Below the pieces are notes generated by a model that was given only the letters and a program-made list of their open reading frames with translations, did no database searches and was not told the origin of the DNA. Positions 25,101 to 32,254 of a stretch of DNA of 32,254 bases are shown here, piece after piece (position 1 is the first letter of the stretch; each line of letters opens with the position of its first letter). Origin of the DNA: Anaerolineae bacterium (GTDB lineage Bacteria > Chloroflexota > Anaerolineae > JAAYZQ01); NCBI GenBank assembly GCA_050116355.1, contig JASFOV010000001.1:1-32254 (forward strand). Direction: 5' to 3'. Both the position numbers and the translations under genes were made by a program.

Positions 25101-26159
25101 GTGCCGCCCTTGCGCCTACCCGGTTTGGTGGATGTGCATGTTCACCTTCGTGAGCCAGGAGGAGAACATAAGGAGGACATTGCAACCGGCACGGCCGCAG
25201 CACTGGCCGGTGGCGTGACCGCTGTCCTGGCCATGCCCAATACCTTCCCCCCCGTAGTAGACTCCCGCGCATTGGACCGGGTACAGGCGTTGGTCGAAGA
25301 GAAAGCCCTGTGCGACGTGGGTCTGTTTGTCGGCGCTACAGCCGGCAATGCCCAACAACTTGCCCCCTTATCCCGCCGCGCTGTAGGATTAAAGATCTAT
25401 TTGGACCAAACCTACGGACCGCTGCGCATGCGAAATCTGGGCGCGCTGCTGTCCCACTTTCAACGGTGGCCTGCTGGTCGTCCCATTGCCGTCCACGCCG
25501 AAGGTTTATCAGCAGCGATGGCCATCGGACTGGCCCGCAGTTTCGGGCGCCGGCTCCACCTTTGCCATGTCAGCCAGGCTGACGAAATTGCACTGATTCG
25601 AGCCGCCAAGGCATCTGGCGCCCAAGTAACCTGCGAGGTCGCCCCCCACCACCTGTTCCTGTCTGACAAGGACGCCAAACAGCTGGGAGCATATGGGTCC
25701 ATGAAGCCCCCTTTGGCCACCGAAACCGATGTAGCCGCTTTATGGCAGAACCTTGATGTCATTGACTGTATTGCGACCGACCATGCCCCCCACAGCCGCA
25801 CCGAGAAAGAGAGCGACTCGCCGCCTCCCGGCGTTCCCGGGCTTGAGACCATGCTACCCCTCCTGTTGACGGCGGTTGCTGAGGGACGGCTGGCGCTAGA
25901 GCGGCTCATAGAGCTGGCCCATGGGGCGCCTCGACGCATCTTCGGTCTGGATGCCCAGCCTGACACATGGGTTGAAGTTGACCCTAGCGCGCGCTATACA
26001 CTGGACGACGATGGCCTACAGACCAAATGCGGTTGGACCCCGTTCGCTGGCATGACCGTTCAGGGTCGCATCCGGCGCGTGGTGTTGCGGGGTCAGACTG
26101 TGTATCTGGACGGAGAGATCCAGGCGCCACCTGGATCGGGCCGCATGATTGTGCCGTGA
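25101..26159 (+). CDS. pyrC: Dihydroorotase, short CAD-like form
   Basis: [51 protein letters not shown] (carboxylated-Lys context), [33 protein letters not shown] and [19 protein letters not shown]. The start is set at GTG 25101, preceded by GGGGAG at 8-nt spacing. The track start at 25002 lies inside the terminator stem. Confidence 0.85.
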   Translation: MPPLRLPGLVDVHVHLREPGGEHKEDIATGTAAALAGGVTAVLAMPNTFPPVVDSRALDRVQALVEEKALCDVGLFVGATAGNAQQLAPLSRRAVGLKIYLDQTYGPLRMRNLGALLSHFQRWPAGRPIAVHAEGLSAAMAIGLARSFGRRLHLCHVSQADEIALIRAAKASGAQVTCEVAPHHLFLSDKDAKQLGAYGSMKPPLATETDVAALWQNLDVIDCIATDHAPHSRTEKESDSPPPGVPGLETMLPLLLTAVAEGRLALERLIELAHGAPRRIFGLDAQPDTWVEVDPSARYTLDDDGLQTKCGWTPFAGMTVQGRIRRVVLRGQTVYLDGEIQAPPGSGRMIVP

Positions 26160-26232
26160 TCTCAGAGAGCGGCGCTGGTCGTCCGGCGCCACCCTCTTTT
26201 CAAACTGTTTGAGAAAAAATGTGGAGGAGACG

Positions 26233-27216
26233 ATGACAAGAGAAATGAACAACGGCATCAAGACAGTAGGGCTGGCGCCCAAACTGGATAGTGGCTTCTA
26301 CGGGCAGGACATCATATCCGTCCGGCAGTTTACCCCCGAGAACTTGGGCTACATCCTGAGCGTGGCCGATGAGATGCGGGCCGTGGTCAAGCGCGTTGGC
26401 TCCACCGACCTGCTCAAGGGACACGTGCTGGCTTGCGTCTTCTACGAGCCCAGCACCCGCACCAGCTCGTCGTTCGTCGCTGCCATGTCCCGGCTGGGCG
26501 GCAGCGTGATCCCCATCAACGAAGTGCGCTACTCGTCGGTGACCAAAGGTGAGAGCTTGCCCGATACGATCCGCACCCTGGAATCATACGCCGACGTGAT
26601 TGTCCTGCGCCATCCAGAGGTCGGCGCCTCCAAGGTCGCAGCGGAGTATGCGCGCAAGCCGATCATCAACGCCGGGGACGGTGTCGGTGAGCACCCCACC
26701 CAGGCGCTGCTCGACCTATACACCATCCAGTCCGAACTGGGCCAGATCGATGGTCTGCACGTGGCCATGGTTGGCGACCTACGCTACGGCCGCACGGTCC
26801 ACTCGCTTGCGCGCCTCCTGAGCCAGTATGATGTCCAGATGACGTTTGTTTCTCCCGAGATTCTGCGCATGCCCCTCGACGTGATGAATGAGGTCCAGGC
26901 CGCTGGCCGACCCGTGAAAGAGACCTACGATGTGCACGATATCATTGGCACGGTTGATGTGCTCTATGTCACCCGCGTCCAACGGGAGCGTTTCTCCGAC
27001 CAAGCCCTGTATGACTCGGTCAAAGACCACTATATCATTACCCCGGAGTTGATGGAACAGGCCAAAGAGAAAATGATTGTCATGCATCCCCTGCCGCGCG
27101 TCAGCGAGATCAGCTATGCCATCGACAACGATCCACGGGCAGCGTACTTCCGGCAGATGGAAAATGGTATGTATATCCGCATGGCGTTGTTGGCAGCCGT
27201 GCTGGGCAAAGCCTAA
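26233..27216 (+). CDS. pyrB: Aspartate carbamoyltransferase catalytic chain
   Basis: [73 protein letters not shown] and [26 protein letters not shown]. The start is ATG 26233, preceded by GGAGGAG. Confidence 0.9.
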   Translation: MTREMNNGIKTVGLAPKLDSGFYGQDIISVRQFTPENLGYILSVADEMRAVVKRVGSTDLLKGHVLACVFYEPSTRTSSSFVAAMSRLGGSVIPINEVRYSSVTKGESLPDTIRTLESYADVIVLRHPEVGASKVAAEYARKPIINAGDGVGEHPTQALLDLYTIQSELGQIDGLHVAMVGDLRYGRTVHSLARLLSQYDVQMTFVSPEILRMPLDVMNEVQAAGRPVKETYDVHDIIGTVDVLYVTRVQRERFSDQALYDSVKDHYIITPELMEQAKEKMIVMHPLPRVSEISYAIDNDPRAAYFRQMENGMYIRMALLAAVLGKA

Positions 27217-27258
27217 CCGCGGGGAACCCAGTTCCCCTTCCTACAGCAAGGGGTCGCG

Positions 27259-28191
27259 ATGTCCTTGATGCGCAGCTTTTTCCTGACCCTTTCCCGCAGC
27301 GAAGGGCTACAAGGGCTGACCGTTCGCTCAGGTCTGGCCCGGAGGATGGTCCGCCGGTTCGTCGCCGGTGAAACGTTGCAGGAGGCCATCGCCGCGGTGC
27401 AGGCCCTCAATGGCGAGGGCCTGCACGCTACCTTGGATCACCTGGGCGAGAACGTGGCCAGCGAGACACAAGCCCGCGACGCAACCACTGAGATCCTGGA
27501 TCTCGTGCGGGCCATCGAAGCCAGCAGCATCGACTCCGGCATCTCAGTCAAACTCACGCAACTGGGTCTGGATCTAAGCCCAGCCCTCGCCGCCGAGAAC
27601 CTGGCGCGCATCGCCGACCGGGCCGCCCCGGCCCAATGCTTTGTGCGCATCGACATGGAGAGCTACGACTACGTCCAGCCGACCCTGGACCTATTCGAAG
27701 AGCTCTGGCCACGACACAAAAACGTGGGCGTGGTCATTCAGAGTTATCTCTACCGCAGCGCTGACGACGTGGCCCGCTTGGTGGGACTAGGTGCTTCGGT
27801 GCGCTTGGTCAAGGGGGCATACGACGAGCCCCCCGAGGTTGCATATCCGGGCAAAGCCGACACCGATGCCAATTTCATCCGGCTGATGGAACAGCTTTTT
27901 GGCCAAACGGCCCAGGCCAACGGTGTGTTCCCCGCCATTGCCACCCACGACACAGAATTGATCGAGTGGGCCAAGACATATACGCGCCAGCACTCCATTC
28001 CCCCCGACCGCTTTGAGTTTCAGATGCTGTATGGGATCCGGTCTGGCTTGCAGCGCCAGCTAGCCGCCAGTGGCTATCAGGTGCGGGCCTACGTGCCCTA
28101 CGGTCAGCAATGGTACCCCTACTTTATGCGTCGCCTCGCCGAGCGACCAGCCAACGTCTGGTTCCTACTACAGAATCTCTTCAAGGCATAA
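27259..28191 (+). CDS. Monofunctional proline dehydrogenase family protein
   Basis: RRFVAGETLQEAIAAVQALNGEGLHATLDHLGENV..., VRIDMES, VGVVIQSYLYRS, VRLVKGAYDEP, ATHD and YGIR...YVPYG..WYPYFMRRLAERPAN. This is the typical PRODH TIM-barrel pattern. Confidence 0.8.
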   Translation: MSLMRSFFLTLSRSEGLQGLTVRSGLARRMVRRFVAGETLQEAIAAVQALNGEGLHATLDHLGENVASETQARDATTEILDLVRAIEASSIDSGISVKLTQLGLDLSPALAAENLARIADRAAPAQCFVRIDMESYDYVQPTLDLFEELWPRHKNVGVVIQSYLYRSADDVARLVGLGASVRLVKGAYDEPPEVAYPGKADTDANFIRLMEQLFGQTAQANGVFPAIATHDTELIEWAKTYTRQHSIPPDRFEFQMLYGIRSGLQRQLAASGYQVRAYVPYGQQWYPYFMRRLAERPANVWFLLQNLFKA

Positions 28192-28195
28192 GCCG

Positions 28196-28320
28196 CAGTT
28201 CCAAACTTGAGGTACGATATTCTCTCCTGACAGACGAGGATCCGCCCCAATTGAGGGGTGAGTACGCCTTCGTGCGAGCATTCTCACCCCTCGACCCTTG
28301 CCGCTTCCCAGTTCCAAACT
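28196..28320 (+). repeat. Perfect 12-bp direct repeat CAGTTCCAAACT flanking a 10-bp-stem hairpin
   Basis: The copies are at 28196-28207 and 28309-28320. The second ends 10 nt upstream of the fur -35 hexamer. Confidence 0.8.
28253..28292 (+). terminator. Hairpin downstream of the proline dehydrogenase gene (possible terminator without a U-tract)
   Basis: GAGGGGTGAG (28253-28262) pairs with CTCACCCCTC (28283-28292) around a 20-nt loop. No T-run follows. Confidence 0.35.
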
Positions 28321-28329
28321 CCGTGAAGC

Positions 28330-28358
28330 TTGACAAGATATCACACCTCGAGTATACT
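28330..28358 (+). promoter_or_regulatory. sigma70-type promoter for fur
   Basis: TTGACA (28330-28335), 17-nt spacer, TATACT (28353-28358). Confidence 0.7.
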
Positions 28359-28366
28359 ACTTGCAG

Positions 28367-28389
28367 ATGCAAACGATTCTCATTTGCAT
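28367..28389. promoter_or_regulatory. Inverted-repeat operator candidate at the fur transcription start
   Basis: ATGCAAA-cgattctca-TTTGCAT, with core TGCAA-N11-TTGCA at 28368-28388. It sits just downstream of the -10. An extra TTGCA half-site lies at 28361-28365. Confidence 0.55.
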
Positions 28390-28406
28390 ATGACAGCAGG
28401 TACACA

Positions 28407-28835
28407 ATGGAGAACCTGGCAACGAGCAGCGAACGACGCTTGCGGGCCGCAGGCAAACGCATAACGCCACAGCGCAGGACGGTCCTGGATATATTGGCTC
28501 GGGCCGAGACTCACTTGGACGCCCAAGAGATCTACCACCAGGGCCGGCACCGGGATGCCCAGATCAGCCTAGCCACAGTCTATCGCACTCTAACCGTCCT
28601 CAAAGAGACTGGCGTGGTACACGAGCTCCACCTGGACGACAATCACCACCACTACGAACTCGCTGACAAGGCGGAGCACTCCCACCTTGTTTGCCTGCGC
28701 TGCGGCAAGGTATTCGAAGTAGACAGTGATGCATTTGCCGAAGCAGCTTTGCAAGCAGGAGCGGCCTATGACTTTGAGGTCACCAGCACACAAGTCGAAC
28801 TGACAGGGTATTGTGCAAGCTGCAGTCAGGAATGA
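28407..28835 (+). CDS. fur: Fur-family metalloregulator
   Basis: RITPQRRTVLDILA...AQEIY......ISLATVYRTLTVLKETGVV..., an HHHYE metal site, and two CxxC pairs (CLRC, CASC). The start is ATG 28407. The track ORF from 28110 would span the promoter. Confidence 0.85.
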   Translation: MENLATSSERRLRAAGKRITPQRRTVLDILARAETHLDAQEIYHQGRHRDAQISLATVYRTLTVLKETGVVHELHLDDNHHHYELADKAEHSHLVCLRCGKVFEVDSDAFAEAALQAGAAYDFEVTSTQVELTGYCASCSQE

Positions 28836-28894
28836 GATTCGGGTCATGTTTACACCCAGCTTGCGGGCAAGAGTTCTTTTTTGTCCCGGTGTTG

Positions 28895-28915
28895 TGCAAT
28901 TGAGTCGCAGTTGCA
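28895..28915. promoter_or_regulatory. Second copy of the TGCAA-N11-TTGCA inverted repeat, upstream of feoA
   Basis: TGCAA-ttgagtcgcag-TTGCA at 28895-28915, 62 nt upstream of the feoA ATG. Confidence 0.5.
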
Positions 28916-28976
28916 AGTACACGGGCATTGCCCACAGTTCATCAACGATCTATTCTAGGAGAAAGAGTATCCAGAC

Positions 28977-29231
28977 ATGGAGCCGACAACGATGTCAAAG
29001 AACGGTATGAACCTCAGCGCAGTCCCGATTGGTGAATCGGTACAGATCCGCACCCTGAAAGGCGGACACCACTATCTGAGCCGCCTGGCTTCCCTGGGTT
29101 TCACACCGGGTGCCAAGCTCAAAGTAGTCCAAAACTATGGGCATGGCCCGATCATCGTCACCCTCCGCGATACACGGGTGGCATTAGGACGCGGCGAGGC
29201 GAGCAAAATCCTCGTCGACCGGCTGGAGTAA
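28977..29231 (+). CDS. feoA: Ferrous iron transport protein A
   Basis: This small SH3-like FeoA reads LSAVPIGESVQIRTLKGG...RLASLGFTPGAKLKVVQNYGHGPIIVTLRDTRVALGRGEASKILV. Confidence 0.85.
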   Translation: MEPTTMSKNGMNLSAVPIGESVQIRTLKGGHHYLSRLASLGFTPGAKLKVVQNYGHGPIIVTLRDTRVALGRGEASKILVDRLE

Positions 29232-29238
29232 ATGACGG

Positions 29239-31287
29239 ATGCCAACTAGTTCGTCTTCGCTGCCAGAGCTAAAGAACCGTGGCGCCGAGGTCCTGGCCGG
29301 TGAGGTAACCCTGACGGTGGCCCTTGCTGGTCAGCCCAACGTCGGCAAATCCACGGTCTTTAATCTGCTGACGGGCCTGAGCCAGCATGTGGGCAACTGG
29401 CCGGGCAAGACGGTCGAACAAAAGACCGGTGTCTACCGTTTCAATGGGACCACCATCCACCTCGTTGATCTGCCGGGCACCTATAGCCTGACGGCCAACT
29501 CGGCGGAAGAGGTCATCGCCCGAGACTATATTATCCAACAACGCCCCGATGTCGTCGTAGTTTTGGTTAACGCCGCTTCACTGGAGCGCAATCTGTACCT
29601 GGTTGCCGAGATTGTGCCGTTGCCGACAAAGGTTGTGGTCGGACTGAACATGGTCGACGTCGCAGCCCACGAAGGCATGAACATTGAGCCCCAAGTGCTA
29701 GAGGCAGCCCTGGGCGTGCCCGTTGTCCCTATGGTCGCCTCCAAAAACCGGGGGGTCCAACAGTTGATCGAGACTGTGGACCAATTGGCCCGGGGGGAGA
29801 TCCCGTACCAGCCTAGCATCCCCGAGATCCGCGCCGATCACCGCCAGGTGCTCGACGGGATCCATCGTCTGGTTGCTGACTGTGTGCCTGAGCTTTACCC
29901 CAGCGAGTGGATCGCCCTCAAGCTGCTGGAAGGGGACGACGAGATCACAACTCTCATGCGCGAGCAATGCCTGCCCGCCGATCGCTGGGAGCAGATCCAC
30001 GAAATCCTGATGGCCCATGAGGACGCCGTGCTGGCCATAGCCAGCGGCCGTTACGACTGGGTTGGCCGCATGATCCGCGCCGCAGTAACCCGGCCCCGCG
30101 CCGGCCAGATCACGTTCACCGAGCGACTGGACCGTTGGGCCACCCATCCCCTGTGGGGATTGCTCATTCTAGCCACCATCCTGGGCATTGTCTTTTGGTT
30201 GACCTTTGCCATCGGTACCCCGCTCCAGGAGTTGCTAGATATCTACGTGGTGGGCAATCTCGCCGCCGTGGCCACCAACTGGCTCGCAGCCGCACCGGCT
30301 TGGCTGCAAAGCCTGGTCGTCGATGGCGCCATCGCTGGAGCGGGAACGGTGATCACCTTTCTGCCCATCCTCGTCATCTTTTTCGCAGTACTGGCCTTGC
30401 TGGAAGACATGGGCTATATGGCCCGTGCCGCCTATGTGATGGACCGTTTCATGCACCTCATGGGCCTGCACGGCAAGAGCTTCTTGCCCCTCTTCCTCGG
30501 ATTTGGCTGCAATGTACCGGCCGTGATGGGTTCGCGTATTATCGATTCGCGCCGGGCGCGGCTATTGACCATCCTCTTGGCTCCCCTGGTCCCCTGCGCC
30601 GCCCGCATGGCCGTCATCGTCTTTATCGCCCCCATATTCTTCGGGCGGGCAGCCACCTTCGTAGCTTGGGGACTGATTGCCGTCACCCTGGTCGTCCTGG
30701 CCACAGTTGGTGTATTGATCAACAAATGGATCCTCAAGGGCGAGCGAGCGGCCTTTATCATGGAATTGCCCCTCTATCATCGGCCTAACCTACGCACCAT
30801 CGGCATTCAAGTTTGGCAGAACAGTGCCGAGTTCTTAAAAAAGGCGGGGTCCTTGATCCTCGTCATGTCCGTTGTGATTTGGGCTTTGTCTACGCTGCCC
30901 CAAGGTGACATCCACACCAGCTACCTGGCCAGCGTGGGCAAGGCTTTGGCCCCCCTCGGGGCCTTGATGGGGCTGGACTGGGAGATGATGGTTGCCCTGC
31001 TCTCCAGTGTCGTCGCCAAAGAGAACTCCATCGCCACCTTGGGCATCCTCTTTGGCAGTGCCGAGGGTGGTGGCCTGGAAGCGTCTCTGGCCGGGGTCCT
31101 CACCCCGGCTGCCGCCCTAGCCTTCCTCGTCGTCCAGATGCTCTTCATCCCTTGCATTGCCACCGTGGCCGCCATCCGGCAGGAAACCAAAAGCTGGGGC
31201 TGGACCGCCTTTAGCGTGGTTTTGTCGCTGCTGCTCTCCCTCACCGGCGGCATCCTGACCTACCAGCTAGTGACCGCCCTCGGATGA
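29239..31287 (+). CDS. feoB: Ferrous iron transport protein B
   Basis: The N-terminal G-domain has GQPNVGKST, DLPGTYS and NMVD. It is followed by the polytopic FeoB membrane domain (gate-motif-like regions). Confidence 0.9.
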   Translation: MPTSSSSLPELKNRGAEVLAGEVTLTVALAGQPNVGKSTVFNLLTGLSQHVGNWPGKTVEQKTGVYRFNGTTIHLVDLPGTYSLTANSAEEVIARDYIIQQRPDVVVVLVNAASLERNLYLVAEIVPLPTKVVVGLNMVDVAAHEGMNIEPQVLEAALGVPVVPMVASKNRGVQQLIETVDQLARGEIPYQPSIPEIRADHRQVLDGIHRLVADCVPELYPSEWIALKLLEGDDEITTLMREQCLPADRWEQIHEILMAHEDAVLAIASGRYDWVGRMIRAAVTRPRAGQITFTERLDRWATHPLWGLLILATILGIVFWLTFAIGTPLQELLDIYVVGNLAAVATNWLAAAPAWLQSLVVDGAIAGAGTVITFLPILVIFFAVLALLEDMGYMARAAYVMDRFMHLMGLHGKSFLPLFLGFGCNVPAVMGSRIIDSRRARLLTILLAPLVPCAARMAVIVFIAPIFFGRAATFVAWGLIAVTLVVLATVGVLINKWILKGERAAFIMELPLYHRPNLRTIGIQVWQNSAEFLKKAGSLILVMSVVIWALSTLPQGDIHTSYLASVGKALAPLGALMGLDWEMMVALLSSVVAKENSIATLGILFGSAEGGGLEASLAGVLTPAAALAFLVVQMLFIPCIATVAAIRQETKSWGWTAFSVVLSLLLSLTGGILTYQLVTALG

Positions 31288-31550
31288 TGCTAGAGCAACT
31301 GCTGCGTCTCATTGCCCAGGGTGGCATCCACAGCTACCAAGACCTGGCCGAGCAGCTATCTATCCCCCAACCCCTACTAGAAGCAGGGCTTGAGGACCTA
31401 GCGCGGCTTGGCTATTTGCGATCCATCAACGACAATTGCGGAAATCAGTGCTCCGCTTGCCCCATCGGCCACTGCTCTGTAACAGGGCCGGGGCGCCTTT
31501 GGTCGCTGACCGAAAAAGGCGCTCAAGCTGCCGTCCGCCTATCCTCCTAG
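31284..31550 (+). CDS. feoC: FeoC-like winged-helix protein with a Cys-rich loop
   Basis: Its ATG overlaps the feoB stop (ATGA). It reads LLRLIAQGGIHSYQDLAEQLSIPQPLLEAGLEDLARLGYL, then CGNQCSACPIGHC (four Cys). Confidence 0.65.
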   Translation: MMLEQLLRLIAQGGIHSYQDLAEQLSIPQPLLEAGLEDLARLGYLRSINDNCGNQCSACPIGHCSVTGPGRLWSLTEKGAQAAVRLSS

Positions 31551-31571
31551 CGGTGCACGCGTGCCAGAAGC

Positions 31572-31596
31572 AAAAAGGGCCTCCCTGGGGAGGCCC
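31572..31596. terminator. Intrinsic terminator between convergent feoC and the surface-protein gene
   Basis: AAAAA-GGGCCTCC-ctgg-GGAGGCCC-TT. The U-run is best on the minus-strand transcript. Confidence 0.7.
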
Positions 31597-31617
31597 TTCG
31601 CTGTGCCAACACGCACA

Positions 31618-32254
31618 TTACGGAGCATTGTACACCGCCGGCAAGAAGACGTGGTACAGCCGGTCGACTGCCACCACAGTGACACTGATCGACTCCGGGC
31701 TGTTCGACCCTTCATCGGCAGTAACCACGATGGTCGCCTCGTAAGTGCCAGGTACCGCCGTGGAGAAACCGGCCACCGAGATGTACACAGTGCCAGGCGT
31801 CGTACCCGCCAGGGGCGTGACCTCTAGCCAGCCTCCCCCATCGCTGACCTCCAGGCTCCACTCCATGGGCGTGCTGCTGGCCTCGTTCACCACCGCCACC
31901 TCCTTGGCGGAAGAGCTACGGAACCCCGCCCCGATATCGTACAGAAAAACCAGGGCCGTGGTGCTCAAGCTCAGATCGAACTCGCGCGGTATGTTCAACA
32001 GAATGCTATCCGTAGAGTTTGTTTCATATCCGGTCGAGTCCCGGTAGCGTACATAAACCATCTGCGTGCCATTGCTATCGGTCAGTACCCACGGGATGTT
32101 CATACTGTACGGCTGCCAGATGGCACCGCCAAAGCTGGGCTCGTTGCTGACCATGACCTCAGCCACACTATCGATGCCGCTGCTGCCCGAGACATTTTCG
32201 TTAGTGAGCGTGAGCAACACCCGCGGATCGGGCGTCTCCGGGTCTTCGTAATTG
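31618..32254 (-). CDS. Secreted or surface protein with Ig/BACON-like beta domains, C-terminal fragment; 5' end lies outside the window
   Basis: The frame stays open to the window edge (NYEDPETPDPRVLLTLTNEN...). The sequence is beta-rich and Ser/Thr-rich (TPMEWSLEVSDGGGWLEVTPLAGTTPGTVYISV...YEATIVVTADEG) and ends in ...RLYHVFLPAVYNAP. Confidence 0.6.
   Translation of the reverse strand, partial: NYEDPETPDPRVLLTLTNENVSGSSGIDSVAEVMVSNEPSFGGAIWQPYSMNIPWVLTDSNGTQMVYVRYRDSTGYETNSTDSILLNIPREFDLSLSTTALVFLYDIGAGFRSSSAKEVAVVNEASSTPMEWSLEVSDGGGWLEVTPLAGTTPGTVYISVAGFSTAVPGTYEATIVVTADEGSNSPESISVTVVAVDRLYHVFLPAVYNAP

Noticed and set aside
24715-25218. A 167-aa ORF spanning the pyr leader and the 5' end of pyrC.
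   Set aside because: It runs through a terminator, a promoter and a second terminator, and overlaps pyrC out of frame. It has no recognisable motifs, so I consider it spurious.
28836-28890. Possible intrinsic terminator after fur (CTTG-cggg-CAAG followed by TTCTTTTTT).
   Set aside because: The stem is only 4-5 bp. The T-run is good but the hairpin is too weak to call. fur and feoA may be co-transcribed in part.
1-32254. Mobile elements, a CRISPR array, tRNA or rRNA genes, and defence or toxin-antitoxin modules.
   Set aside because: I found no transposase, integrase or recombinase motifs, no terminal inverted repeats and no regularly spaced repeats. I found no tRNA T-loop (GGTTCGAATCC-like) signatures and no small paired ORFs. 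Composition and promoter style look uniform across the window, arguing against a horizontally acquired island.

Overview
GC-rich bacterial chromosomal segment with 28 protein-coding genes, two of them cut by the window edges. The Pro/Thr-rich linkers, RodZ-like protein and AI-2E/PAP2 envelope genes would fit a Chloroflexota-like organism, but that is only a guess. Gene content is mainly housekeeping and envelope-related. In order: pnp (3' end), lepB, an AI-2E transporter::HAD phosphatase fusion, a PAP2 phosphatase, rimO, a DUF1232-MerR operon, an orphan helicase-associated-domain protein, a GT2-GH3-TPR envelope cluster, and a ClpA/B/C-type ATPase with a degenerate first AAA+ module. Then a geranylgeranyl-reductase / cupin / THEP1-type NTPase / thioredoxin-like cluster, a RodZ-like protein, a peptidase-C26 amidotransferase, a large secreted S8 peptidase, pyrC-pyrB, proline dehydrogenase, fur-feoA-feoB-feoC, and the 3' end of a secreted Ig-like-domain protein. 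I found no rRNA, tRNA, CRISPR array, transposase, integrase or recognisable defence, toxin or secretion module, so I cannot point to a novel protein system with confidence. Many genes carry near-consensus sigma70-type promoters (TTGACA-17-TAnnnT), which makes the non-coding architecture readable. The most unusual signal is the ~780-bp gap upstream of pyrC-pyrB. It holds two tandem promoter -> structured leader -> intrinsic terminator modules that match no riboswitch or attenuator class I can recall, including PyrR. Other points: pyrC and pyrB look eukaryote CAD-like and sit in CAD domain order. A TGCAA-N11-TTGCA inverted repeat occurs only twice, upstream of fur and upstream of feoA. Two secreted proteins share a C-terminal Y-x-x-F-L-P tail. 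All homology calls rest on motif recognition by eye and need database confirmation.
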